From contig JBBIMX010000005.1 in assembly GCA_037444165.1 (NCBI GenBank), positions 2,679 through 66,678 of the forward strand: DNA of 64,000 nucleotides, given 5' to 3'. Positions 39,203-47,932 of the stretch are shown here, one piece after another; positions within the stretch are counted from its first letter, which is position 1; each line of letters opens with the position of its first letter. This stretch comes from Deltaproteobacteria bacterium (GTDB lineage: Bacteria > Desulfobacterota > BSN033 > UBA1163). A program made the translations under genes and the position numbers. The notes below the pieces were generated by a model that was not told the DNA's origin, did no database searches, and worked only from the letters and a program-made list of their open reading frames with translations.

Positions 39203-39928
39203 ATGGAGATTGACATCCAACTCATCCCCATCCCTCTGAATCCCGTCACCCTTTCTGAGCGAATGGTTATCGTAATTGATGTCCTTCGTGCGACCTCGGT
39301 TATCGTCCAGGCCATTTCAGAAGGGGCTACGGAGATCATCCCTGTCGAAACCGTTGAAGAAGCCTTTGAAAAAGCAAAGGCCTTTCCCGAAGGAACAACC
39401 CTCTTAGGAGGGGAGAGGAATAGTCGAAAGATCGAAGGATTCGACCTCGGTAACTCTCCCAAAGAGTATCGCTCTGAAAGGATCAGGGGGAAAAGAATCA
39501 TTCTGACGACGACCAATGGGACCAGGGCATTTTATCTGGTCTCTTCTGGGAAGGAGGTCCTGGTCGGAAGCTTCTTCAATCTCAGAGCGATTACCAGGTA
39601 CTGTCTCTCTCAGGGAGAAGACCTTCTCATCTTTGCCTCTGGAGACGAAGGAAAGTTTTCCCTCGAGGACGTGGTCTGTGGAGGGATGTTGATCGAGAAG
39701 ATCGCAGAAGAGGGGGGCTCCATTCGACTCACCGATGCTGCCTTCGCTTCAAGAATTCTCTATGAAAGGTTTAAAAGGAATCCCCTCGAAGCCTTTTACG
39801 CTTCCCACCACGGGAGAGATTTGGTCAAAAAGGGGTTTGAGGAAGACCTTCTCTATTGTGCTCAGTCGGACATCTCTGAGGTCATTCCAATTTTCAGGCA
39901 AGGAGTCATTAGACCCCGTAGAGAATAA
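39203..39928 (+). CDS. 2-phosphosulfolactate phosphatase family protein (ComB-like)
   Basis: VIVIDVLRATSVIV, LLGGERNSRKIEGFDLGNSPKEY, ILTTTNGT. Confidence 0.75.
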   Translation: MEIDIQLIPIPLNPVTLSERMVIVIDVLRATSVIVQAISEGATEIIPVETVEEAFEKAKAFPEGTTLLGGERNSRKIEGFDLGNSPKEYRSERIRGKRIILTTTNGTRAFYLVSSGKEVLVGSFFNLRAITRYCLSQGEDLLIFASGDEGKFSLEDVVCGGMLIEKIAEEGGSIRLTDAAFASRILYERFKRNPLEAFYASHHGRDLVKKGFEEDLLYCAQSDISEVIPIFRQGVIRPRRE

Positions 39929-39945
39929 AAAATTGGAGGGCGAAG

Positions 39946-40416
39946 ATGAGGCATCCGGAAAGGGCGATAAAAGAAAAGGAGACGATGGAGGGACTTCTTA
40001 AACAGACAGGGGTCGGAAGAATGGCTACGGTGAATCCGGAAGGAATCCCGGTCATCAAACCCGTTCATTTTCTTTATGAGGAGGGAAAGGTCTATATCCA
40101 TTCTTCAAAAAAAGGGGAAAAGATAGAAGATCTCCGGAGGGGGAGCCCGGTCTGTTTTGAGGTGGACGATTTCATTGCCTATGGAGCAACCCAAAGCTCT
40201 CCATGTAAAGCCCATTCTTATTATAGGAGTGTCATCATTAAAGGAAGAGGGATTCTTATGCGGGAGAAGGAGAGAAAGAAGAGGATTCTCGGGCTGATGA
40301 TGGAAAAGTATCAACCCGAAGGAGGATATGGGGAGATTTCCGAAGAGAGTCTCAATCAGACCGCTATCATTGAGATTTCCATCCAAGAGATGACCGGAAA
40401 AGAAAGGTTAGAATAG
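39946..40416 (+). CDS. pyridoxamine-5'-phosphate-oxidase-fold flavoprotein (NimA-like)
   Basis: MRHPERAIKEKETMEGLLKQTGVGRMATV...PVIKPVHFLYEEGKVYIHSSKKGEKIEDL...VCFEVD matches the Pyridox_ox_2-type pattern. Confidence 0.7.
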   Translation: MRHPERAIKEKETMEGLLKQTGVGRMATVNPEGIPVIKPVHFLYEEGKVYIHSSKKGEKIEDLRRGSPVCFEVDDFIAYGATQSSPCKAHSYYRSVIIKGRGILMREKERKKRILGLMMEKYQPEGGYGEISEESLNQTAIIEISIQEMTGKERLE

Positions 40417-41580
40417 ATGAGAGAGATTGTCTCCATCGTTCGATGCCAGAGCTACGAGGAAGAGGAAGTCTTTAAAGCCCTCCAAAAATCCATCGATTTC
40501 ATCGGAGGAATTCGAAGATTTGTAAAGGAAGGAGATCGGGTTCTTCTCAAACCCAATCTTCTTTATGGGAAGGCCCCGGAGAAAGCCGTAACAACCCATC
40601 CTGCGATCGTGAAAGGAATGATTCGAATGGTTCAAGGGGCAGGAGGGAAACCTTTTATCGGGGATAGCCCTTCTATTGGAGGGTTGATGAAGACGGCGGA
40701 ACGGGCAGGGATAAAGGAGATCGCCGAGGAGATGGGCTGTCCTTTGGTGGAATTTAACCACCCCGTTTCTCCAAGCGACCGAAAAGGAAGTTTCTTTAAG
40801 TCTATTGAAATTGACCAAAGCGTGATGGATGCAGATGTGGTCATTAATCTCCCAAAATGGAAAACCCATGCCCAGATGCTTCTAACCCTGGGGGTGAAGA
40901 ATCTTTTTGGATGTATTCCTGGGACCAGGAAGGCTCTCTGGCATTTAAAAGCAGGGGAGGATCAGAGGAGATTCGCCCAGGTCTTGGTAGACCTTTATCA
41001 GATTATTTCACCCCCTCTCACCGTACTGGATGGGGTGATTGGAATGGATGGAAACGGGCCCAATAGTGGTCGACCCATCTCTCTTGGATTGATTCTATCG
41101 AGCACCGATGCCCTCAGCCTGGATCAAGTGGTCTGTGACCTCCTTGGTCTTCCGAGGATCTCCTTGATGACGAATCGAGTGGCTTTAGAAGCAGGGTTAG
41201 GGAGCGATGAGATTGAGACGGTTGGAGAGAGGATCGAAGAGGTAAGCATTTCCAAATTTGAGCTTCCTAAACTTTCCTCCCTGAATTGGGGTCTTCCTGA
41301 TTTTTTAAGGAGGCTTCTAAAGAATACTTTGAGTTCGAAACCCGTCCTGGAAAAAGAGCGTTGCAAACAATGCGGTCAATGTGTTGAGAGTTGCCCGCCC
41401 AGATCCCTCTCTTTGACGGAAAAGGGGCCATCCTTCGATTACGGACAGTGTATCCGATGCTTCTGCTGTCAAGAGGTTTGCCCAGAAGGGGCTATCCATA
41501 TTGAGCCTGGATGGGGCCTGAGATGGTACCATCAAATCCGGGGCAAGAAATTCAATCCAACCAGACCCCTCTCCCTCTGA
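40417..41580 (+). CDS. DUF362 domain protein with C-terminal 2x[4Fe-4S] ferredoxin domain
   Basis: DUF362-like N-terminal part (KPNLL..., THAQM, NLFG). C-terminal CKQCGQCVESCPP ... CIRCFCCQEVCPEGA. It starts immediately after the PNPOx-like stop codon. Confidence 0.7.
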   Translation: MREIVSIVRCQSYEEEEVFKALQKSIDFIGGIRRFVKEGDRVLLKPNLLYGKAPEKAVTTHPAIVKGMIRMVQGAGGKPFIGDSPSIGGLMKTAERAGIKEIAEEMGCPLVEFNHPVSPSDRKGSFFKSIEIDQSVMDADVVINLPKWKTHAQMLLTLGVKNLFGCIPGTRKALWHLKAGEDQRRFAQVLVDLYQIISPPLTVLDGVIGMDGNGPNSGRPISLGLILSSTDALSLDQVVCDLLGLPRISLMTNRVALEAGLGSDEIETVGERIEEVSISKFELPKLSSLNWGLPDFLRRLLKNTLSSKPVLEKERCKQCGQCVESCPPRSLSLTEKGPSFDYGQCIRCFCCQEVCPEGAIHIEPGWGLRWYHQIRGKKFNPTRPLSL

Positions 41581-41610
41581 AAAGAGGAGATTCACATTTG
41601 AGTCGCTCGA

Positions 41611-42348
41611 ATGAGGACCATCAAACTGACCATCGAATATGATGGAACAGAGTACCTGGGTTGGCAGAGTCAACCCGATGGGAAAACGATTCAGGGAGTC
41701 CTTGAAGAGACCCTGAAACAGATTACAGGAGAGAAGGTCCATGTGATCGGCTCAGGGAGAACCGATGCTGGGGTTCATGCATTAGCCCAGGTTGCTCATT
41801 TCAAGACCGAAAGTCCTATCGATCTCAACTCCCTGCAGCGAGCCCTGAATAGTCTCCTTCCTAAAGATGTTCTTATCAAAAGAGCGGAGGAGGTGGACAG
41901 AGATTTCCACGCTCAGAAAAAGGCCAGGAGTAAGGTCTATGAATATCGAATCCTCAATCAGCCCCTCCGCTCTGTCTTTCATCGCCAATACAGCTGGCAT
42001 ATTCCTCAAAAGCTGGATGAGGAGGCGATGTCAAAAGCGGCTCTTTTTCTCATCGGGGAGCACGACTTCTCCTCCTTTCGATCTTCTGGAACTCCAACCA
42101 AGACCCCTGTCCGAACAGTGTTCCGAGCGGAGTGGAAGAAAGATCGAGGAGGAATCCTTCGGTTTGAGATCGAAGCCAATGGCTTTCTAAAACAGATGGT
42201 TCGAACCATTGTGGGAACCTTGGTGGAGGTAGGAAAGGGGAGGATCAGTCCTGAAGACTTCAAAGAGATTCTTCATTCTAAGGATCGAAAGAGAGCCGGT
42301 CCCACTGCCCCTCCCCATGGCCTGTTTCTCAAGGAGGTCAAATACTGA
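41611..42348 (+). CDS. truA: tRNA pseudouridine(38-40) synthase
   Basis: YDGTEYLGWQSQP, GSGRTDAGVHA (catalytic Asp), FLKQMVRTIVGTL. Confidence 0.93.
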   Translation: MRTIKLTIEYDGTEYLGWQSQPDGKTIQGVLEETLKQITGEKVHVIGSGRTDAGVHALAQVAHFKTESPIDLNSLQRALNSLLPKDVLIKRAEEVDRDFHAQKKARSKVYEYRILNQPLRSVFHRQYSWHIPQKLDEEAMSKAALFLIGEHDFSSFRSSGTPTKTPVRTVFRAEWKKDRGGILRFEIEANGFLKQMVRTIVGTLVEVGKGRISPEDFKEILHSKDRKRAGPTAPPHGLFLKEVKY

Positions 42349-42396
42349 ATCGCTCCTAAAATGTTTCCTACCCATCGGTAAAGGATTACGGACCAA

Positions 42397-43530
42397 TCAT
42401 ACAGGGATGAGCTCATATTTTCGAGTTCCCAATCCAATCTCCTCAGCGTATGAGAGTTGAATACTCCAATCGACCTCCGGATAAAGGGCACGAAATTTAT
42501 CCTCCCCTTCATTCCAGTTCTTTAGAAGTTTAGAAGATCGGTTTCCTTCTTCCCGATTCACCAGATCCACAGAGGCCTGATCAATCGCTACGGGATCTTC
42601 CGAAGACAAAATTCCAATATCCCTGACGATCGGGATATCGGAATATCCATAACAATCGCAGGCAGGGGAAATCTGGGTGAGAAAATTGAGGAAGAGGGTC
42701 TTTCCCTTTTTATTCAGAATGGCTCCGTAAGCATACTCGACCATCTTTTTTTGAAAGATGGGTATCGATTCGTTCCATTGGATTTGGATGGCACCCGAGG
42801 GACAGGTCAAGATGCATTCTCCGCATCCAATACATTTTTGAGGATGAATCCGGGCCACCGAACGATTTGACCGATCTTCCTTTTCGAGGGAAAAGAGAGA
42901 GATGGCCCCTGAAGGACACCAGCTCAGACAGCTCCCACATCCCTTACAGAGTTTTTCCTTCACTTTAGGGGAGATATTGGAATGCTGGCTTAACTTTCCC
43001 TCCCGGCCTGAACACCCCATCCCTAAATTTTTGAGTGCCCCTCCAAAGCCCGAAAGCTCATGTCCTTTAAAATGGGTAACCACAATGAGGGCATCAGCCA
43101 TATAGATGGTCTGGGCAATGGAGACCGTTTTAAAGTAGGTTTTATCAATTTTCACTCTCACGGTGCTATTTCCCCTCAGACCATCGGCAATCAACACAGG
43201 AGCCCCGATGACGGAATCCGTGAAACCATGTTGATAGGCTGTGGTCAAATGGGACACCGCATCACTACGAGAGCCAATGTAAAGGGTATTCGTATCGGTC
43301 AGGAAAGGTTTTCCTTCATATTCCTTGACCCGATCGACGATCCTTCGGATAAAGATGGGTCGGATATAGGCCGTATTCCCTTTCTCACCGAAATGAAGTT
43401 TAATGGCTACCAGATCCTTCTGCTTGATCTTTTCTTTTAGGTGGACCCGTTCTAAGAGAAGGTCTAATTTGTCAAAAAGGGTCCTTTTGGATTCCACCCG
43501 GAGATCGGAAAAAAAGACAGGTTTTTTCAT
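42397..43530 (-). CDS. DUF362 domain protein with internal 2x[4Fe-4S] ferredoxin insert
   Basis: IKLHFGEKGNTAYIRP...PFLTDTNTLY (DUF362-type). CKGCGSCLSWCPSGA and CIGCGECILTCPSGA lie mid-protein. Confidence 0.7.
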   Translation of the reverse strand: MKKPVFFSDLRVESKRTLFDKLDLLLERVHLKEKIKQKDLVAIKLHFGEKGNTAYIRPIFIRRIVDRVKEYEGKPFLTDTNTLYIGSRSDAVSHLTTAYQHGFTDSVIGAPVLIADGLRGNSTVRVKIDKTYFKTVSIAQTIYMADALIVVTHFKGHELSGFGGALKNLGMGCSGREGKLSQHSNISPKVKEKLCKGCGSCLSWCPSGAISLFSLEKEDRSNRSVARIHPQKCIGCGECILTCPSGAIQIQWNESIPIFQKKMVEYAYGAILNKKGKTLFLNFLTQISPACDCYGYSDIPIVRDIGILSSEDPVAIDQASVDLVNREEGNRSSKLLKNWNEGEDKFRALYPEVDWSIQLSYAEEIGLGTRKYELIPV

Positions 43531-43550
43531 TTGGGACCTCCGTCTTGGCG

Positions 43551-43579
43551 ATTCTAAGAGAATTCGACTTTGGTGTCAA
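43551..43579 (-). promoter_or_regulatory. sigma70-like promoter of the minus-strand DUF362 gene
   Basis: On the minus strand: TTGACA, 17-nt spacer, TAGAAT. Confidence 0.5.
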
Positions 43580-43593
43580 CTGTCCAGGTGTAA

Positions 43594-43701
43594 TCCTTCA
43601 CTCAGAAGTGGGGAATAAGCCCGAGAGAGGTATTGGGCGTTCTATGGGTTTCGGAAATACTCCTGTCGGGCTTAAATTTATTTCTACCCTTCCGTGAGGA
43701 G
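43594..43701 (-). repeat. Intergenic imperfect-hairpin repeat, copy B (full length, inverted relative to copy A)
   Basis: 43612-43675 is the reverse complement of 8888-8951 at about 58/64 positions. The core is GGTATTGGGCGTTCTATGGGTTTCGG (43629-43654). It sits between two divergent promoters. Confidence 0.8.
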
Positions 43702-43724
43702 ATATTTTTAAGTCGTCCGAAGGG

Positions 43725-43753
43725 TTGACTTTCATGAAGAAAATGAGTAAAAA
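43725..43753 (+). promoter_or_regulatory. sigma70-like promoter of the EF-G paralog gene
   Basis: TTGACT, 17-nt spacer, TAAAAA. Confidence 0.4.
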
Positions 43754-43799
43754 TTTATTGTTTTAACCAGATTTGAAAAAAGGATAGAAAGGAGAAAAG

Positions 43800-45896
43800 A
43801 TGAGGCGGGTTGAACCTAATTTTATTCGAAACATCGGGACCTTTGGCCATGGAGGAGAAGGGAAGACCTCTTTAGTAGAGGCCATCCTATTCGATACAGG
43901 AATCAATACCAGGTTGGGCCGGGTGGACGATGGTTCCTCCATCATGGATTTTGAGCCGGAAGAGATCAATCGAAAGATTAGTATTAGTGCCTCCCTGGCC
44001 CATTTCGATTGGAACAAACACTTTTTTTATGTCATCGATACCCCCGGGTATGCCAATTTTATCTTCGAAGCGAAGGCTTCGATGAGGGTGGTGGATGGGG
44101 CCATTATCGTCGTGGGAGCGAATTCTGAGGTAAAGGTTCAAACCGAGACGGTCTGGGATTATGCCAATGAGTTCGAAGTTCCTCGAATCCTCTTTGTGAG
44201 TAAGATGGATATGGAGAGGGCCGATTTTCTTAAAGTCGTTGAAGAGGTCAAGAAGGCCTTTCCGTCTCAGCCCTCGGTTCCTGTTCAACTTCCCATCGGA
44301 AGCAGTGGGGAGTTCAAAGGGGTGATCGACCTGATCCAGAAAAAGGCCTATTTCTACCAGAGAGATGGAAGTGGGCAGTTTGAAGTCAAGGAAGTTCCCC
44401 CAGAGATGGAAGAGGAGGTGAATCGGTTTCGTGAGAAGTTGATCGAGACGCTCGTTGAGATGGACGATCAGCTCATGGAGAAGTATTTAGAATCGGGGGA
44501 GATCACTACGGAAGAAGCCATGGCCTGTCTTCGAAAAGGGACCATTGAGCGAAGATTGGTTCCCGCTGTGTGCGGATCTTCTCTTCTGAATATTGGGATT
44601 CAGCCCCTCCTGGACCTCCTCATTCACTGTTTCCCTTCACCGATAGAAAAGAAACCTGTCCAGGGGAGACATCCCAAGACCGGAGAAGTCGAGAGCCGGG
44701 AGCCGAAGGAAGACGTCCCTTTCTCTGCCTTTGTGTTCAAAACGATCGCAGATCCTTTTGCTGGGAAATTGAATCTCTTTAGGGTGTATTCAGGAAGCAT
44801 CCATGCAGATTCTACGGTTTATAATTCTAAGAAAGACGTCAAGGAAAGAATAGGGCAGATCTTTCTGATGGAGGGTAAAAAACAGAAACCCGTGGGTTTT
44901 GCAAGTGTCGGGGATATGGTGGCAGTAGCGAAATTAAAAGATACCTCCACTGGGGACACCCTTTGTGACGAAAAGAAGCCTGTTGTTTTTGAAGAGACAA
45001 AGATTCCTCTCCCTGTGATCACCTATGCGATTGCTCCGAAAGCGAAAGGGGATGAAGAAAAGATTACCGCCTCCTTAGCCCGTCTTCATGAGGAAGACCC
45101 CACGATGATGGTTTCACGAGATGAACAGACCGGAGAGATTCTTCTTTCCGGAGTCGGACAGTCTCACGTAGAGGTGATTGTTGAAAAGCTGAAGAGGAAG
45201 TTTGGGGTAGAGGTGAATCTGAGTACACCCAAGGTTCCCTATAAAGAGACGATCCGGGGAACAAAAACAGGGGTCATCTATCGGCATAAGAAACAGACCG
45301 GAGGCCGAGGCCAGTTTGCAGAGGTCCATTTCGATATCTCGCCCCTTCCACGAGGGGCAGGATTTGAGTTCGAGAATGCCCTGGTCGGGATGAATGTCCC
45401 GAGGAATTTTGTGCCCGCTGTGGAGAAGGGTATCCATGAAGCCATGCAGAGCGGAGTATTGGCAGGATACCCAGTGGTGGATGTGAAGGTACGATTCTAT
45501 GATGGGAAGTCCCATGAAGTGGACTCCTCTGAAATGGCCTTCAAGATTGCAGCGATCATGTGTTTTAAGAAAGGGATTGCGGAAGCCAATCCTGTCCTTC
45601 TTGAGCCCATCATGAAGGTGGAGGTCATCGCGCCGGAGGAAACGATTGGAGATGTCATTGGAGACCTTAATAGCCGACGCGGAAGGGTCTTAAAGGTCGA
45701 TGCAAAGGGGAATTATCAGGTCATTCAGGCCAATGTTCCTATGGCCGAGATGCTTAAATACGCCCCGGACCTGAACTCAAAGACTGGAGGCAGGGGAACC
45801 TTCACCATGGAGTTCTCTCATTACGAAGAAGTCCCAGCCCAAATCGCGGAGAAGATTATTGCCCAGGCCAAGAAAGAGAAGGAGAGTAAAGAGTGA
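43800..45896 (+). CDS. elongation factor G paralog (EF-G II / EF-G-2-like, divergent G domain)
   Basis: 698 aa with full five-domain EF-G length. G1 GHGGEGKT, switch I RKISIS, G3 DTPGY (Tyr84 in place of the catalytic His), G4 SKMD. Conserved domain IV/V-type C-terminus. Confidence 0.85.
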   Translation: MRRVEPNFIRNIGTFGHGGEGKTSLVEAILFDTGINTRLGRVDDGSSIMDFEPEEINRKISISASLAHFDWNKHFFYVIDTPGYANFIFEAKASMRVVDGAIIVVGANSEVKVQTETVWDYANEFEVPRILFVSKMDMERADFLKVVEEVKKAFPSQPSVPVQLPIGSSGEFKGVIDLIQKKAYFYQRDGSGQFEVKEVPPEMEEEVNRFREKLIETLVEMDDQLMEKYLESGEITTEEAMACLRKGTIERRLVPAVCGSSLLNIGIQPLLDLLIHCFPSPIEKKPVQGRHPKTGEVESREPKEDVPFSAFVFKTIADPFAGKLNLFRVYSGSIHADSTVYNSKKDVKERIGQIFLMEGKKQKPVGFASVGDMVAVAKLKDTSTGDTLCDEKKPVVFEETKIPLPVITYAIAPKAKGDEEKITASLARLHEEDPTMMVSRDEQTGEILLSGVGQSHVEVIVEKLKRKFGVEVNLSTPKVPYKETIRGTKTGVIYRHKKQTGGRGQFAEVHFDISPLPRGAGFEFENALVGMNVPRNFVPAVEKGIHEAMQSGVLAGYPVVDVKVRFYDGKSHEVDSSEMAFKIAAIMCFKKGIAEANPVLLEPIMKVEVIAPEETIGDVIGDLNSRRGRVLKVDAKGNYQVIQANVPMAEMLKYAPDLNSKTGGRGTFTMEFSHYEEVPAQIAEKIIAQAKKEKESKE

Positions 45897-45937
45897 GAAG
45901 GGAAAGGGGATGATCCCCCATTGGTGAGATAGAACTC

Positions 45938-46381
45938 ATGAGGGCGGTTATTCAGCGAGTCAAATCGGCTGAAGTATTTGTAGAGGGCCGATCGACAGGC
46001 AAGATTGGAAGAGGGCTATTGGTTTTCGTCGGGGTAGCTAAGGGAGATGGGGAAGAGGATCTCTCCTTTTTTGCCTCGAAACTTCCTGAGCTCAGAATTT
46101 TTGAAGATGACGCAGGGAAGTTCAATCTCTCGTTGAGAGAAGTGAAGGGAGAACTCTTAGTGGTGTCCCAGTTTACCCTTTATGGAGATTGCCGAAAAGG
46201 GAGAAGACCTTCTTTTACAGAAGCAGAAGAACCCACCCTCGCAAAGAGCCTCTATGAACGATTGATTTTAAAATTGAAAGACCAAGAGATACCTGTCCAG
46301 ACAGGGGAATTCCAGGCAAAGATGGAGGTTCATCTTATCAATGATGGCCCGGTGACCCTGTTTCTGGATAGTCGAAGGTGA
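45938..46381 (+). CDS. dtd: D-aminoacyl-tRNA deacylase
   Basis: MRAVIQRV, VVSQFTLYGD, INDGPVT. Confidence 0.92.
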   Translation: MRAVIQRVKSAEVFVEGRSTGKIGRGLLVFVGVAKGDGEEDLSFFASKLPELRIFEDDAGKFNLSLREVKGELLVVSQFTLYGDCRKGRRPSFTEAEEPTLAKSLYERLILKLKDQEIPVQTGEFQAKMEVHLINDGPVTLFLDSRR

Positions 46382-46388
46382 TGGATGA

Positions 46389-47906
46389 ATGGGAAGAATC
46401 CAGAGACTTCTTCCTGCGGCTATTGTTTTCTCCCTATTGATTTTCTTGGAGATAGGGTGCGAGGCCCAGGCCCCCAGAAGGGGAAAGGAGGTTGGAATGG
46501 GTGAGATCAGAGAGCCTGCCGTTTCTGGAATGTTTTACCCCGACCATCCAGCCACTCTTTTGAGCGAGATTAAAAAGTATCTCGATGAGGTAAAAAAGGA
46601 ACCTCTGGAGGGAGAAATCGTCGCACTCATCTCTCCCCATGCGGGTTATATGTATTCTGGTCGAGTTGCGGCTTATGGGTATAAATGGATTGAAGGCCAA
46701 TCCTTTGATTCTGTAGTCGTTGTGGCTCCAAGCCATCGGGTCGATTTCCAAGGAGCTTCCATTTATGATCGAGGAGGGTTTAGGACACCCCTTGGGACTG
46801 TGCCGGTGGATACTGAACTTTCTAAGGCGATCATGGAGAGATGGAAGGGGATTAAATTTCTGCCCGAGGCTCATCGGGAGGAGCATTCCTTGGAGGTTCA
46901 GATTCCCTTTCTTCAGGTCGTATTGCCCTCTTTTAAATTGGTTCCTATCGTGATGGAACCTTACTGGAGTTGGGAAAGCTGCAAGGCCCTTGCCTCTGCG
47001 ATTTCAGAAGGGGTCAAGGGAAAGAGGGTTCTCCTGGTGGCCAGCACTGACCTTTCACACTTTCATGGTTATGAGGAAGCGAGGCGTTTAGATCAGATCG
47101 TCCTGAACCACCTTGAACGATTTGATCCCGAAGGATTGTATCGAGATCTCAAAGGGGGGCGCTGTGAGGCCTGTGGAGGAGGTCCTGTTCTTACCATCCT
47201 TTTAGCCGCTAAAACCCTGGGGGCCAATCGTGCAAAAGTCCTTCAATACCTTAACTCTGGAGATGTGACCGGAGATCGAAGTCGGGTAGTAGGATATGCC
47301 TCGGCTGTCCTTTACCGGACCAAAGGAGGAGAAGCCAAGATGAAAGGAGAGAAAAAAATAGGGGTAGATTTGGGACTAAGCGAGCAGGACAAAAAGATCC
47401 TTCATCAGATTGCAAGGACCGTGATTGAAAACAAAGTCAAAGGGAAGCCTGTCCCAGAATTTAAAGTCGACTCTCCCACCTTAAAAGAGAATCGAGGGGC
47501 CTTTGTCTCTATCCATAAAAGAGGGCAATTGAGAGGGTGTATTGGCTACATTGAAGGACATGGGCCTCTTTATAAAACGGTGGAAGAGATGGCAGAGGCC
47601 GCGGCATTCCGAGATCCCAGATTTAGCCCGGTCACGGAGAAGGAATTACCCGAACTGGATATAGAAATCTCCGTATTGACTCCTCTCAAAAAGATTACGG
47701 ACATCAGTGAGATCCAAGTGGGGAAGCATGGGATCTATATCAAGAAGGGATGGTTTTCAGGTCTTCTCCTTCCTCAAGTGGCTACGGAATATGGATGGGA
47801 CCGACAGACTTTCTTGGAGCATACCTGCCAGAAGGCAGGCCTTCCCTCAAATGCCTGGAAGGATAAAGATACAGAGATCTATATCTTTTCAGCCGATATC
47901 TTTTAG
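46389..47906 (+). CDS. Memo-like (AmmeMemoRadiSam protein B) fused to AMMECR1 (protein A)
   Basis: N-terminal half: PAVSGMFYP, SPHAGYMYSG, STDLSH. C-terminal half: GAFVSIHKRGQLRGCIGYIE, DPRF. An alternative start at ATG 46497 has a better AGGAGG SD and would remove the signal-like N-terminus. Confidence 0.8.
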   Translation: MGRIQRLLPAAIVFSLLIFLEIGCEAQAPRRGKEVGMGEIREPAVSGMFYPDHPATLLSEIKKYLDEVKKEPLEGEIVALISPHAGYMYSGRVAAYGYKWIEGQSFDSVVVVAPSHRVDFQGASIYDRGGFRTPLGTVPVDTELSKAIMERWKGIKFLPEAHREEHSLEVQIPFLQVVLPSFKLVPIVMEPYWSWESCKALASAISEGVKGKRVLLVASTDLSHFHGYEEARRLDQIVLNHLERFDPEGLYRDLKGGRCEACGGGPVLTILLAAKTLGANRAKVLQYLNSGDVTGDRSRVVGYASAVLYRTKGGEAKMKGEKKIGVDLGLSEQDKKILHQIARTVIENKVKGKPVPEFKVDSPTLKENRGAFVSIHKRGQLRGCIGYIEGHGPLYKTVEEMAEAAAFRDPRFSPVTEKELPELDIEISVLTPLKKITDISEIQVGKHGIYIKKGWFSGLLLPQVATEYGWDRQTFLEHTCQKAGLPSNAWKDKDTEIYIFSADIF

Positions 47907-47932
47907 ATCATAGAGGATCGCTGGGGGAGCTC

